A DNA stretch of 63,432 bases, filler included, from Reticulomyxa filosa (Eukaryota; Protista; Foraminifera), in the NCBI GenBank assembly GCA_000512085.1. It is 19 parts of 19 records of this genome, joined end to end, with 100 filler letters (N's around TTAATTAATTAA, not from the genome) between each part and the next. Parts side by side here need not be neighbours in the genome. Positions count along the whole stretch, not along the records: positions 11,008 to 19,985 come from ASPP01011286.1; positions 20,086 to 21,742 come from ASPP01001464.1; positions 21,843 to 22,953 come from ASPP01005383.1; positions 23,054 to 24,215 come from ASPP01039151.1; positions 24,316 to 31,460 come from ASPP01007599.1; 14 more parts are not named here. One strand, given 5' to 3'. The notes beneath the pieces were generated by a model that saw only the letters and a list, made by a program, of their open reading frames with translations, had not been told where the DNA came from and made no database searches. Shown here one piece after another: positions 12,222-24,976 of the stretch. Every line of letters starts with the position of its first letter. Within the stretch, counting starts at the first letter, position 1. The position numbers were made by a program, and so were the translations under genes.

Positions 12222-14811
12222 TCAATCAAAAGGTTCAGCTGCAGGCTTTCGTATCACTTCTAACCAGTTTTTTAACTTGCTCATGTGCTGTTCTGCCTTA
12301 GCATGAAGTTTCTTCACGTTATATTCTAATAACATTCCATTGTCAATTTGCTCCTTTTTTTTTTTAAGTTGTTTATTTAATTCGGTTAATTTAGTGAGTT
12401 TATTCATGATCCCCTCTCTCTTTCCAATCAAAAACAAAACTTGTTTAATGTCCTCGTAGAAAGGTTGAATAATCTGGCCAATAAAGTCATCGGCAGAGGA
12501 ATATTCGACAATTAATTGAATGGCAAAAGGCGGCAAAAGACAGTCGTGAAATTGATTGAAACATGAGAACAAGACTTTTTGAGAGAGAAAAATCTGAACA
12601 TATCGAGTGGATGCACTCATGAGTGCCTGAGTAATGAGGACGCTCATTTCGTCTTCCGTTCTCCGCTCCTCATTTCCAATTTTTTTTAAATTGTCAATAT
12701 ATTGGAAAAGATTTGGATCGAACCACCACCACCAGGACTTGTATTGAATAAAATAGCGATCATCTCGATAGGGTCGTATTCCATTCCAATAAAACCAACA
12801 CGCTAATAACAACACAAACACGATTTCCGAAAAAAAGATGCCTGGTTTTGAAAACGTGTTATGAGCAGTACGAAACCAATACGCCAGCATAATGTAATAC
12901 AGCAATGCGACAGCGACAGCCAAAAGAATTGACGACACACTGACATGCCAATGCGTGCAAATATTCCAAACTTGGTTGTCTTGATAAAACTCCTTGCAAT
13001 TGTCAAGAGCTGTCTGTTCGAAGGTGACTTTCAAAGAATGCCGAGGATCCGTGGTTAAGTGAAGACGCGTTGGATTGTAAATGTAAGGAAATAGTATGTA
13101 CTTATCCAAAAAGTGATTGCGATAGCTCAACCATTGCAAGTTGTCATCATTCCATGCGAGCTCAATATTTTGCGGCTCCATTTTCACGGATATATCTGAA
13201 ATCTCATTATCATTGCCATTGTTACTATCATCGTCGTTTTCATTCTTGTTCTTGTCCTCTTCTTCTTCCTTTTCTTTCTCATTGTTGTATTGAACGATAT
13301 AAGGATCTTCTCCAAACACTTGGTTTGGGGCAGTGTCTATCGGATTATTGTCGTTATCATTGCCATTGATATCATCGTTATCATTATTGCCATTGTCACC
13401 ATTATTATCATTATTGGCGTTGTTCGCATTCTCAATTGGACGAGAGTGATCATGCTGCAATGGATTCATTGGAGATACTATAAAGCTAGTCTTTTTCGAA
13501 TGCTTCAATAACACGTCGATAATAATCCCATTGTACAGCTTGGGCAGCGAATAGTTTATAATATAGGTAATGTCAGACTGACTCAAATCAAATGCGATGA
13601 TGGATTCTCTCTCTGTTTCATTCGCGTATACTTGCAAAAATGACGAAAATCTCTCGTACCAAAAATGGTTTACATCATTTTGAATCTTTATTATTATTAT
13701 TATTGTTATTAACAACGGTTAAATTCTAATTCAAAGAAAGAAAAAAAGAAAAAACACGTATACACATACAAAACAGTATAAAGATCAGACAAAGTCCACA
13801 TGTGCTCTTTGACATTTAAAATGGCACGAAGCAACGGAAAGACGGGGATGAATGCGCATAAATGCATCAACAGATTGAAGACGCTGAGCCCAAAGAATTT
13901 GGAATGCAATCCAAACCAGTCCAGTAGTTTGACTTTCAATGACGAATAATAATAATAACAATTGCCATAACCATTGTTATTGCTGATATCATTATAATCA
14001 TGATAATCATTGTTTCTATATTTTTCATTTGCCTGAAATATCCTGCTTTCAAGCGAGTGCTTTCATTCGTGTCATTCAAGAGCTTGGCTATAGCTTGGCT
14101 CGACAACATTGAATGCTGCATTGCACTCGAGTTGGCAATGGACAGCGTTACGCTGAGCATACGTTTCTGAAAGGTGGCGTTTTTTTGCACCGTGGAATCG
14201 CGCATTTTCGCACACGTGTAGTGATTGCACACAGTGTATGTGATGGGAAGGGCGACCAAGAGAAGTAGGTAATACAAGATCAAGTTACGAGGGGAGAGAT
14301 TGGCATTGGACGTACCATCGGATAAAACAATTGCGAACCAATTCATTAGCACTATCATTCGATAAAAGGAAACTATGGCTAATGATACATACATCAAAAC
14401 CACAAGAATTTGGTGCTTCCATTTCGATGACGTCGATGTGGAAAAGGTTTCCATTTCAAGACGTTTCAGACTATAGTATAAAGAGTTGTACGGAGAAATA
14501 GAATGGTAAAAATACATCTTGGTCATTGGCAATGGTGACTTGTTTTTGGAATAGAAGTGGGATGGCTCGAAGGATAACAGGTAGTTCTTTCGCAGATATT
14601 TGTTGGTGAACAAATGTTGAACTGCCGTTCCGGTGAAGTCACACGTAAACCGATGGTCATAAGTCTGGTCTTCTTCAAATTGTATGGGTTCCAAAAACGG
14701 CCCAAAATGTTGGACTCGTCTTGCTACATGAAACGGCCCAAACCGCTTGTTTTGAGAATTATAAAAGTATAATGAAAATGGATATTTTTTTGCTCGATTT
14801 GGAGATGCCAT
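12222..14811 (-). CDS. Hypothetical multi-pass membrane protein (about 3 exons) with an Asn/Asp-rich loop and C-terminal coiled coil
   Basis: Collinear ORFs 13936-14811, 13709-13939 and 12222-13715 with several hydrophobic helices; intron-like (ATT)n and poly-T stretches at the junctions. Confidence 0.6.
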
Positions 14812-15163
14812 GTTTCTTTGCTGTTTGATCTATCATTCATTCACCAACTCAAGGGGTGTCCCCTGAGAGATCTTTGCCAAGAAATTGCTGGAAAAAGAAC
14901 CTGTTTGTATAAATTTGGCTTGGTTTATGTAGTCACTTACTTTTTCTAAGACACTTGTAGGGAAACTGGGCGCTTTTAACAAAACAGAACTTTGATTGTA
15001 AGATTTTTTTAAAAAAATTATGTTTAAATAAAAAGTTTATTGCATCGTTAAGAAAAACATGCTAGTGCCAATAATTTTTGTTTGTCAAATTTGAATTAAA
15101 TTGAATACATAGCACGTTAGTAGTACTTACAAAAATATGAAGAAATAAAAAAAAGTTCATAAC

Positions 15164-15736
15164 TCAGAGTTTGACCACATTGAAAATTATATTTTCACAG
15201 TATTTGCCTTTTTTTGCCTCTGTGCAATAATAAGTCCATTTACAAGTACCTTTAGTATTTAAAATTTCATCATTTGACAATAACCACCAATTACCTTTTT
15301 CACGTTGTCGGGCATCATCCGCAATTACTCTCCAACCTGCGTCGTGATAAATACAATATTGACAACCTCCGCTTATTTGTTTCAATAGAGGCATTTTATT
15401 AAAATATACGTTTGGAATTGTCCCATAAATGCCATTGATGTTTTCCCATGGAATAGTTCCAGTTACTGCTTCTTTTGATACGTGTAATCTCAAATACAAG
15501 CACTTATTTTTCAGCTTGAATAAACAATCATAGCATTTTACGGTGATCAGTTTTGCCAGATAGTTCAAAGATTCAGGCTCCAGCATCAGGACATCTTCTA
15601 GTGTAGTAACGTCTTGTTTAGAGAGGTCAACGCTCCATTTGTCTAACATCTTTTTGTCAAGACGAGGAAAGAAATTCCTTATTGTTGTTATTAATTCAAC
15701 TCTCTCAAATTGTGGTATTTCTTCTTTAGTTTCCAT
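15164..15736 (-). CDS. 190-aa hypothetical protein with a SAM-like N-terminus and a beta-rich C-terminal domain
   Basis: Clean intronless ORF. LDKWSVDLSKQDVTTLEDVLMLEPESLNYL resembles a SAM pattern; C-terminal INGIY...NKMP...IYHDAGWRV. Confidence 0.55.
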   Translation of the reverse strand: METKEEIPQFERVELITTIRNFFPRLDKKMLDKWSVDLSKQDVTTLEDVLMLEPESLNYLAKLITVKCYDCLFKLKNKCLYLRLHVSKEAVTGTIPWENINGIYGTIPNVYFNKMPLLKQISGGCQYCIYHDAGWRVIADDARQREKGNWWLLSNDEILNTKGTCKWTYYCTEAKKGKYCENIIFNVVKL

Positions 15737-15958
15737 TTATAATTTTTTGAGACGGGTTGCTTTTTTTTTTGAAAGGGCAAAGGGGACGCCTGAACACGCG
15801 AAGATGTTCAAATAGGTAAAAAATACACTAATTTTTAAAAATTTGAAAATAGAGCGTTAAATAGCAGACCAAGAACACTTTTCCATTCTGATGAAAATGT
15901 TTTTTGGATTGACAGTTGAACGACGGAAAAAACCCCTCCAAACATATTAAAAGAACAA

Positions 15959-17134
15959 ATGTCCGCATTAACAGAACTAGACAAGATATTGGCTTTGTTG
16001 GAAAAAAAAAAACCCGAAACACAAAAGTGTGATGTGAAGAAATTCGATTTCAGTGAAGCGAAGAATTCGTCGATATTGGACGTTGCGTGGGGACGTAAGC
16101 CCCAGCGCATCCCAGTATTCTTGCACCGACAAGCAGGAAGGTATATGGAAGAGTTCCGAGCAATCCGTCAAAAGCATGAATTTTTTGAGTGTTGTCAAAA
16201 GCCTGAGTTATGTTCAGAGATAACATTACAGCCGATTGAAGCATTTGACTTGGACGCAGCAATAATATTTTCGGACATATTGGTGATATGTCAAGTGCTC
16301 GGGTTTGAGGTAGAGATGCAAAAAGAGATCGGTCCAGTGATAAAGAACCTATTGGAGCCAAGTAGAAAAGCAGTGGAAGCGCTGAGACATTTAAAAGAGC
16401 AGCGCGATGTTCGAAAAGAGTTGGGTTACGTGTACGAAGGCATCAAAGCGACGCTGTCGAAACTGAAGGGCCGAGTGCCATTGATCGGTTTCGTAGGGGG
16501 CCCATGGACCCTCATGTCGTATGTGATTGCCCCACATGGAGACAGAGAGTGTCAAAATGCGAAGAAGTGGCTGTGCAAATACCCGGACCTGGTGGACGAC
16601 GTGTTGGACATCTTCGCCGAGGCAGTGACCGAACACTTGATCGGACAAGCCCAGGCGGGCGCGCAATTGCTGGAAATTTTTGAGTCGAGCGCAGGTTACT
16701 TGAGTCCCCCGATGTTCGATCGCTATCTCGTGCCTCGTCTGCGTACCATTTACACACGCGTCCGAAGTAGTATCGACCCAAAGATTCCGATTATCATGTT
16801 CCCAAGGGGGGCGCACTTTTGTTTATCCAGCATAATCGATATCGGGTTCGAAGTAGTGGCACTCGATACCACGATGAGCAGAACTGAAGCGTTGAAACAG
16901 AGTGAGGGACGGGTCTCATTGCAAGGTAACTTGGACCCTTGTATCTTGTATGGTTCCGATCAAGATATTGAAAAGGCCGTGTTCGCCATGTTGGACGAGT
17001 TCCGAGTTAAACAAAACAACAAAAGCAAACTTATTGTCAACTTGGGTCACGGGATGTTGCCTGATATGGAGCCAAGGGCTGTCAGAGCTTTACTTAAAGC
17101 GGTGCGAAAATACGAACAAGAAATGTGTTTATAA
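15959..17134 (+). CDS. hemE: Uroporphyrinogen decarboxylase
   Basis: Intact intronless 391-aa ORF with RQAGRY, AAIIFSDIL, PLIGFVGGPWTL, LQGNLDP and NLGHG. Confidence 0.96.
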   Translation: MSALTELDKILALLEKKKPETQKCDVKKFDFSEAKNSSILDVAWGRKPQRIPVFLHRQAGRYMEEFRAIRQKHEFFECCQKPELCSEITLQPIEAFDLDAAIIFSDILVICQVLGFEVEMQKEIGPVIKNLLEPSRKAVEALRHLKEQRDVRKELGYVYEGIKATLSKLKGRVPLIGFVGGPWTLMSYVIAPHGDRECQNAKKWLCKYPDLVDDVLDIFAEAVTEHLIGQAQAGAQLLEIFESSAGYLSPPMFDRYLVPRLRTIYTRVRSSIDPKIPIIMFPRGAHFCLSSIIDIGFEVVALDTTMSRTEALKQSEGRVSLQGNLDPCILYGSDQDIEKAVFAMLDEFRVKQNNKSKLIVNLGHGMLPDMEPRAVRALLKAVRKYEQEMCL

Positions 17135-17246
17135 AAAATAAAATTAGAAAAAAAAAACAACAACAACAAAAAAAAAAAACAATCGTTTATCGTTTTATCA
17201 TTTATCATTATTATCCATTATTATTTTATGTTTGGAATTTTTTTAC

Positions 17247-19271
17247 TTATTCAATATTGTCATCTAAGCTAAAATCGGAAGGTCTTTTTGACATGACATA
17301 AGTAACAGTGGCTTTCAAAAGCGTGAAACAAAAACCAGACTGTCCAAAGTTCAAAATTTCTCTTCGAAAAAAGTGTTCCATACAATAGAGCCAAGCGTGC
17401 CACGTATGGATTCCACTCTGCAAAACACAAAAGACAACAATGGGGAAAAGAGAATCTCCATTGATAATAGGCTCTTTGAAAGACGAGGAGTTGTGATCGG
17501 CATCACAGTTGATGCGATAATATTCGGACGCGATTTTCTGAATGCAATGAACCGACTCAATGAGAGTGGCAACACTGTCTTGAGGAGAGAGCGTGGTGAC
17601 AATATCGATCATCTTAATGTGAGTGATGGCCTGTCCATAGGGTGGTTGTGAGTGATGTTGGATTTTGCATGTAAACTGTTCCTCAATGCCGATCTGCTCT
17701 TGCGTGAGAGAGGCCATCCACGTGAGACGTTTGAGATAGAGCCGGTCCTTTTCGTGGTGCTTTTGAAGAATATGTTGAAGGAGCTCCTTGGATCGAGGGA
17801 AGATACAGCGACAAGTCATCAAATGCGTGGCGTCAAAAAAGTGGGGTTGAAAATAGGGTTTGTCGGCGGTGAGTTCGGCATTCTTCAGCAATGTCTCGGT
17901 CAAATTGAATAAAAAGCGAGAGATATTGGACATATTGATGTCCTTGTTTTTTTTTTCGAGTTCCTTCCATTTGGTGATGATGCGACTCTCTTCGAATCGT
18001 GGATCGAGCAGTAGTTGTTCAAAGGTGACTTGGAAGCCATTGTCAATGGGATGGAAGTAGGTGAAGCCTTCAAACATTAAATCCTGTTCAGAAGAAGGAG
18101 ACGATGCAGAAGAAGAAGGAGATGATGCAGAAGAAGAAGAAGAAGAAGAAGAAAAAGTTTTAACTTACGATCAATCAATTGAACCAATAACGTAAGCAAA
18201 TGCTTAGTTCGCTCTTGAGCTGTCATAGGCTTTCTCACATCCAACTTTTTTTCCTCATACTTTTGTTCGAGCTGCTTGATGACTCCTTGCAATGTCTTTT
18301 CTTGCGTGCGCACCTCAATGATGGCCGGTGGGAGTCGTATGTTCGACGCCGTCATGAGCGCGGCATCGATGGACATGATCATGTCTTCCATTGACATGCG
18401 CTTTTCATTTGTGTGCACTTTGTCAAACACCTTTTTGATCTCTTTGTACTTGTAGCGAAAGCATTCAATATTCGCTGAGCATATTTGCATCTTTAGCTTC
18501 AACCACAGATCATAGTTCTCATAGTAGCTAGTGCATACGTGGCCACACTCCCATGCTCCTTGTCGGTTCCATTCCTCCATCTCCGTTGCCATTGTCTCTT
18601 TTATCTGCTTGCGCTTGCTCTGGATCTCCATCAACTCGTTCGAGTGCTGTCGCAATCGCTCTTCGACCTTCGACAGTGGCATGCTCATCTTGCCCAACAG
18701 CTCTCGCTTCGTCTTTGACTTGGACAGACTCTCTAGCATTTTCGTGCGATGTTGTTGCGATATCATCACTGCTGCTGTCGCTGTCGTCGTCATCATCGTC
18801 GTCGTTGTCGCCGTCATTGTGCTATTGCGTCGGGCCAGCTCGCCACGAGGGTGACCATTACTCTTACTGTCACTACTATGGCTTATGCTTCGACTATGCG
18901 CGCGACTACTATGCATATTCATCGCCGACTGACTTGACAACAGACGACGCTTCGGCAACGGGGGAGGAGGCTTGCTTGGAGGAGGAGGGGGGAGGAGGGG
19001 GAGGAGGAAAGGATTTGGTTTCTGACGACGACGTGGAATTCGTGTCACTTATTTTTGTACTTTTGTCCGTATCCATGTCCGCATCCACTCCTGCTGTCTC
19101 TTTCTTTTCCTGCTTTGCTCCTTTTGTAAATAGCTCGTCTATCAACTCATTGTTTTTCTCTTCTCCTTCTCCTTCTTCTTCTTCTTCTTCTTCTTTTTCT
19201 TCTTTTTTTTCTACGAAATACGTTTGAAATTTTCTAAACTCCACGTCATTTTGTTTCGAATTCTTTGTCAT
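17247..19271 (-). CDS. VPS9-domain protein (Rab5-family GEF) with Pro-rich and coiled-coil N-terminal region
   Basis: The C-terminal exon carries INGDSLFPIVVFCVLQS and GQSGFCFTLLKATVTYV (VPS9 D-x-L-x-P and G-x-x-G-Y/F-x-x-T motifs). Upstream ORFs 18077-19048 and 18909-19292 join through an intron (GTAAGT ~18169) and a probable frameshift in the C-rich tract. Confidence 0.75.
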
Positions 19272-19741
19272 CACTGAAAAAAAAAACACCACAATATCAG
19301 AGCGAACCAGGAAAAACTAAGGAAAAAAACACTTACCAATTCGAATATTACTTGTTGTAATTAAATACTTATTTTTCACCAAATAAAAAGCCTAATTGCT
19401 TTTGCTCATGATCAAACTGAAATTAATACTCTCAACTCTAATAACAGGAGATATTGTCAATAATTTCTGAAAACGGTGCACAATTTTAGAGGCAATAAAT
19501 AGTAACGATTGCTTCCAATATATTGATATCCCGATAATATGATAGTACAAATAATACAAAAAGAGATTGTAGAATCTTTGATTACTTTTATGGAAACAAA
19601 GATAGAATCATTTTAGTAGCAGATCACAAAGAGATCTTTTGGGACTACATCACTACGCTGATAGTTCTGTTCCCGTTAGAGTTTTTCTGGCTTTTTTATT
19701 TAAAGAATTTATAATATTTGGACAATCTAAATTCGAGAATC

Positions 19742-19907
19742 ATGGCGTGGACTACCAATGATTGGAGCTCAGGTTCAGGTAAAATTGAATAGATAAAATA
19801 TTTATTAATTTATTTGGTTAACTTTTGGACGAACAAACGAAATTGATTACAGATTGGAACTCGAGCTCGGGAAGTGGCTTTAATAGCGGTTGGACTGACA
19901 ATTCAAG
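19742..19907 (+). CDS. 5' exons of a gene with a Trp/Gly/Ser-rich N-terminus
   Basis: Exon 19742-19778 and GT-AG intron 19779-19852 splice in frame to MAWTTNDWSSGSDWNSSSGSGFNSGWTDNS. Contig ends at 19985. Confidence 0.45.
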
Positions 19908-21885
19908 TTTTGTCTTTCAATACGTTTTTTTTGACGCCAAAAAAAAAAAAAAGGACAAAAGTTGTGCTTTTCAAACCCCTTTTTTNNNNNNNNNNNNNNN
20001 NNNNNNNNNNNNNNNNNNNNNNNNNNNNNTTAATTAATTAANNNNNNNNNNNNNNNNNNNNNNNNNNNNNNNNNNNNNNNNNNNNTTTGCACAAATCCCC
20101 AGTTTTTAATAGCACATAAAAAGTCCTTACGAGACTGTGTGTGGATCAATCACATCAAAATCACAAAAGTAATGATCACCGTTCCTCTGAGAAAAAGGGG
20201 CTGTAAAGTCACATGTAAACCCCACCGCTTCTCCTGGACATTTCAGTTTTTGACTAGTTTCTGAGCAGAAATATTCCACACGAGACTTGTCTGGCACCAA
20301 TACATCACACTCCTCCGAAGAGGTGGCCAAATTTAGAGCAATGTGAACAGAAGCCAACACAAACAATGACGAAAGCATATCTATTAACTGGGGGAAATCA
20401 TTTGCAAAAAAAATTCTAAATGTTGTTTTAATGATTCCAAAGGAAACGTTGAAATATTTTTTAATTAAAAAAAAGATGGAGGAAAATTTCATGACAATCA
20501 ACAAGTTAACATTTCATTACAACTTGGATTGTCTTTATTTTAATTGAAAGTCACAAGTGGCTTATGAAAAGAATGAAAAAATTGCATTTGAAGATATTAT
20601 GATTTGTGTGTATTACTTCGATTGTAGTAATTCATTAATGAACGAATTGATGATTTGAATAAAAAACCAAAAAGTATAATAAGAAAAATGATCTACCTGA
20701 TCCTAAAGTCAATTAAACAAACAAAAAAACAACAATAATCTATCGTATTTACATAATACGAGATATAGCTCGTAAATTATGCAGTTTCTTGAGATAAGCC
20801 AACGTGAGTTTGAACTTTCGAGTTTGGAAATTGAAAAATAGTTGGAGGACGAGCAGCTTTGTGAATGATATAATGTTAACTCAGCCAATAATAATAGAAA
20901 CTTCCAATTAATGTCCTATTCAGATCACAATTCCCACAACGTATCCAGAAATTCACCTAAACTCTTATGACTCATAAATAACACGTATGACTTTTCTAAA
21001 AGTTGCTTGTTGAGATTCTGGTCTTTCATTGACTTAAAGTCCTATTCATATCCAGATCACTTTTCTCTTTAGCATGTACATTAATTTACAAACAAATAAA
21101 CTAAATAGTAAAACCAATAAATATGTGCATATATTCATACGATTTAATTATTTAACAGATACAAATAAATAAAAAAATATTTTCTAATTTAGTCATAAAT
21201 ACTTTTTCAAGGTCAAATTGGTTGTTGGACATTAGAAGATTGCATTTGCTTGCTATCAAACCATTCGAACAAAATAATAATGTTGATTTGTTGAAATATA
21301 ATACAGTGCCCAATGCTAAATTGTTTGACATTATGTGATTGTAAAATCTTCAATTTCAATAATAAAATTTTTTTGGCTATTGTTGTCTTTGTTAAGGACA
21401 AATTGACGATTAAACAGTAATGTATTCTTTATACATTCAAAATTTGTTATAAAATAGATATCATATGTATACATTTTACAAATGTGTTCAATTAGATAAT
21501 CTTCGTAATGTTATATGTAGCTTGTACATGATTTTTAAAAGGTTAGTTTATGCTTTATTTTGAATATGTTACAACTGCAAAATTTTGGAAATGATTTTTG
21601 TAGTGTTCGTATATTATTACGATGTTTCCATATTGCAACAATATTTGGAAAGGAAAAATTAACATATTTAATTTTTGATTTTACATTTATTGAATTTTGC
21701 ATAGACTCTTGTTTCCAATATTGAAATGTGAGCCTCTAATGTNNNNNNNNNNNNNNNNNNNNNNNNNNNNNNNNNNNNNNNNNNNNTTAATTAATTAANN
21801 NNNNNNNNNNNNNNNNNNNNNNNNNNNNNNNNNNNNNNNNNNAAAAAAAAAAAAAAAAAAAAAAAAAATAATAATAATAATAACA

Positions 21886-22953
21886 ATGTCCAATACATAT
21901 ACATACGTATGTAAGATTTTTACCTGCCGAAATATTCGCGTGAATTGGAAAAACCAATTTGAATTTTATTCGACGGAATTGAATCTGGTGGAAATGATCG
22001 CCAAAATAACATTTATCGCGTTCAAGATCAAGATTGACGATTTGACAGCAAAAGTGGGGGATTTGTTAGTTCCAAGAAAAGATATTCCCTTGGGAGCAAT
22101 TTTGAGAAAATTAAAAGAAGACATTCACAATGAATTTGAGGTGTGTTATCCGTCTCCAAATTTGGTTTCTTTGTTTGAGTTTAGTTTAGTTTATAGCATA
22201 TATTTGATTTGATTATTTTTTTTTTTTTTAGAAAATGATGAACCAATTTGCGGCGCATCGACAAGTATTCAGACTATGTTACGACGTGAAAGTGCGCAAT
22301 ATATATCCATCCCCAAACAACGCGGAAGGTGATGCCAGCACAAACTCTTTGGAGTCATTGCTATCAAATGAAAGCGCAATTGCGGCAGCAGCGGCCTGCC
22401 ACTACCAGCCCAACACCGTCGAGTTTTTGAATGCTACAAGAAAGGCATTGTTCCAATCGAGCAAGCACTGGAACGACACGTTGGACGCTCTGAAAAAACT
22501 GTTTGCTCCAGTCAATGAACCTGAAGGCACCTCCACAAAGCAATTTTTAAAGTTGATTTTTTTTTTTTTTAAAAAAAAAGGGATGTAAAGTGCATTTAAA
22601 AAAAAAATGGGCAAACAAAAAAATGTGTGCCAAAAAAGACGTGTAATGACGCTTGGAGCAACGACAGCAGCAACGTCGATGACGGCGACAGCGATCTCTG
22701 CAGATCGCAAGAGAATTGACGCAGAAATATTGACTAAGTCAGCCTCACTGTTGGAAGCAGAGGACGCACAAGACATGTCGCGCAATGGAGAAAACAGCGG
22801 CGAACCGGAGACGGCAATGGCAGACAACACGGTCACAGCTGACTTGCACGTGAGTGTGGAGGGCGCTCATACATTGATCGAGCGTGCCAAGACGGAAGAT
22901 GATAACAAAAAAAAAAAAAAAAATAATAATAAAAATAATAATAATAATAATAA
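21886..22953 (+). CDS. Internal fragment of a hypothetical multi-exon gene
   Basis: ORFs 21886-22212, 22235-22588 and 22607-22953 with coding-like GC content are separated by short poly-T/A introns; no family recognised. Confidence 0.45.
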
Positions 22954-23318
22954 NNNNNNNNNNNNNNNNNNNNNNNNNNNNNNNNNNNNNNNNNNNNTTA
23001 ATTAATTAANNNNNNNNNNNNNNNNNNNNNNNNNNNNNNNNNNNNNNNNNNNNAAAGAACATGCAAAGTGATAATATGCACATGATAATGATAGAGTTTT
23101 GTTATGTGTGGGATTGAGTAGTCACCACAGGCAAAGTGCTAATAACGGTGGTAACGATTTGTATATCGAGCATTGTTATTCATTTTCTGTGAATTGTCCA
23201 TCAAATCAAATGTACAAACAAACAGTAGCAAGACTCGATTTTCTTCGACTAGGACGCTGTAATTGCTGATATCCATAAAAATACGATATGTTAGTGTGCT
23301 GCACCAAGTGCAAGCTCA

Positions 23319-24215
23319 GATCAAACAAAGCCAACACATGTTAACTTTTCAAAGTACGTCTTATGTCTATCCATCATAAACCATCACGGGCAATTTCACA
23401 AACATAAAAAAAAATTTAAAAAAAGCAAATTTGATTTTTTTGATACACTCATCCATGAAAAGGAAGGAAGAAGAAAGAGAGAGATAGAGGGGACAATTGT
23501 ACATTTTTGAGGTTACACACACACAAAACAAACAAATACCACTTTTGCTTTGTTTCTTAGCTGTGTCATTTGGTGGAATGTCATTCTCTCTTCTTGCAAC
23601 TTTTTGCATTCCTCTTGCAAGTTGTCGTTGTTTCTGCCGTTTGTAATGTGTTCACAATATTATTACCACAACATCGACGAGATAATGGATAAAGATACAA
23701 GAAATAAAATTATCATACATTTGAGTCATTCGCTCCTTTTGCTCGAGCTCTTTAATGCTGTTCATCGACATCCAATAATCAGGCCAATGACATATATACA
23801 TATATATACATTTATATGTATATAAAACTACGCTGTTGCAATTAATGTTTGCAAATGTTCAAACAAAAAACACAACTTTGCCACTTCTCTTGCAATTCGT
23901 TTTGCAATGAGACGTTCTGTTCGGAGATACTAATGCAGGCGTCATTACAAAAATTCAGAGTCAATTTATTGGGTGTTTCAATCACATTTTATTATTATTA
24001 CTATTCATAAATTTAACTAAACTCAATTCAATGCAACACAAATGACAAAAAAACCAAAAAACCAAAAAAAACCTGTTTAGTTGAGTCAATTTGGCCATCG
24101 TTTCTTCACTGTCCCTACATGACACACCCGCCGACAAACGACAGATATTTTGTAAAGTTGTATGGAACATCGATACCATTATGTGTTGTCGTTTTTTTGA
24201 AACTGCTTCAATTTG
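23319..24215 (-). CDS. 3' fragment of a hypothetical multi-exon gene
   Basis: Short coding-like blocks (QIEAVSKKRQHIMVSMF..., LRTERLIAKRIAREVAK, ALKELEQKERMTQ, HKTYFEKLTCVGFV*) between intron-like stretches. Confidence 0.3.
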
Positions 24216-24451
24216 NNNNNNNNNNNNNNNNNNNNNNNNNNNNNNNNNNNNNNNNNNNNTTAATTAATTAANNNNNNNNNNNNNNNNNNNNNNNNNNNNN
24301 NNNNNNNNNNNNNNNTTTTTTTTTTGAATTGCAAAAATTCATACATAAATATATACATTCATATATATACATATACATGTACATATATATGTATATATTT
24401 ATATTTGTATATTATATACATATACATCAGTATATGTTTATACACAAATAA

Positions 24452-24782
24452 CTCGTTGTGCAAACTCTTGCGACTTTTTCAATAATAACAAAGTTCCTCC
24501 TAAACAATTCCGACGGATGGTTGCTTTTCCTTCTGTGATCTCGTTTTCTTTGAATATCTCATCAATTTCTTTACTGCTGATGCATTTCAATTGCTTAAAC
24601 AGTGTCGATTTCCCACTACTTCCCGAACCCAATAACAACAGCTTCTTCACGTTACTGTCCCGAACCTGTTGTTCAATTATACGCGAATCAATGGTATCAT
24701 TCGTTTGTTGGTCATTTTTTCGGTTATGAATTTCATCAGTTATTATTTCTGGTTCTTCTTGAATAGAACAACATTCGCCCAT
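24452..24782 (-). CDS. Heterotrimeric G-protein alpha subunit, first exon (rest beyond contig end)
   Basis: MGECCS (myristoylation/palmitoylation-type N-terminus) and VKKLLLLGSGSSGKSTLFKQLK. Confidence 0.9.
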
Positions 24783-24976
24783 ATTATTCTTTTTTTTTCC
24801 AAGTTTTTTTTGCTACAAAAAATATTCCCCCCTGACCACCTCCAGTTTGCAATCCAAATTTACAGAACTGTAATAAAGAGTTAGCATTTCAATTTGTATA
24901 ACATTAGTTTATTTTGCACTTAAAAAGTAGCAACAGAAAAGATAACAAATAAATAAGTAAAAATAAGTAGCAAAAA

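Noticed and set aside
15959-17134. Intronless, GC-richer hemE as a bacterial transfer or contaminant
   Set aside because: It is flanked on the same contig by intron-containing eukaryotic genes, its GC resembles other host exons, and nothing visible marks it as bacterial.
20086-21742. Short ORFs in AT-rich stretches (also 8149-9990, 29100-30450, 31561-33370, 58500-59350)
   Set aside because: No motifs or coding bias; treated as non-coding or unrecognisably decayed.
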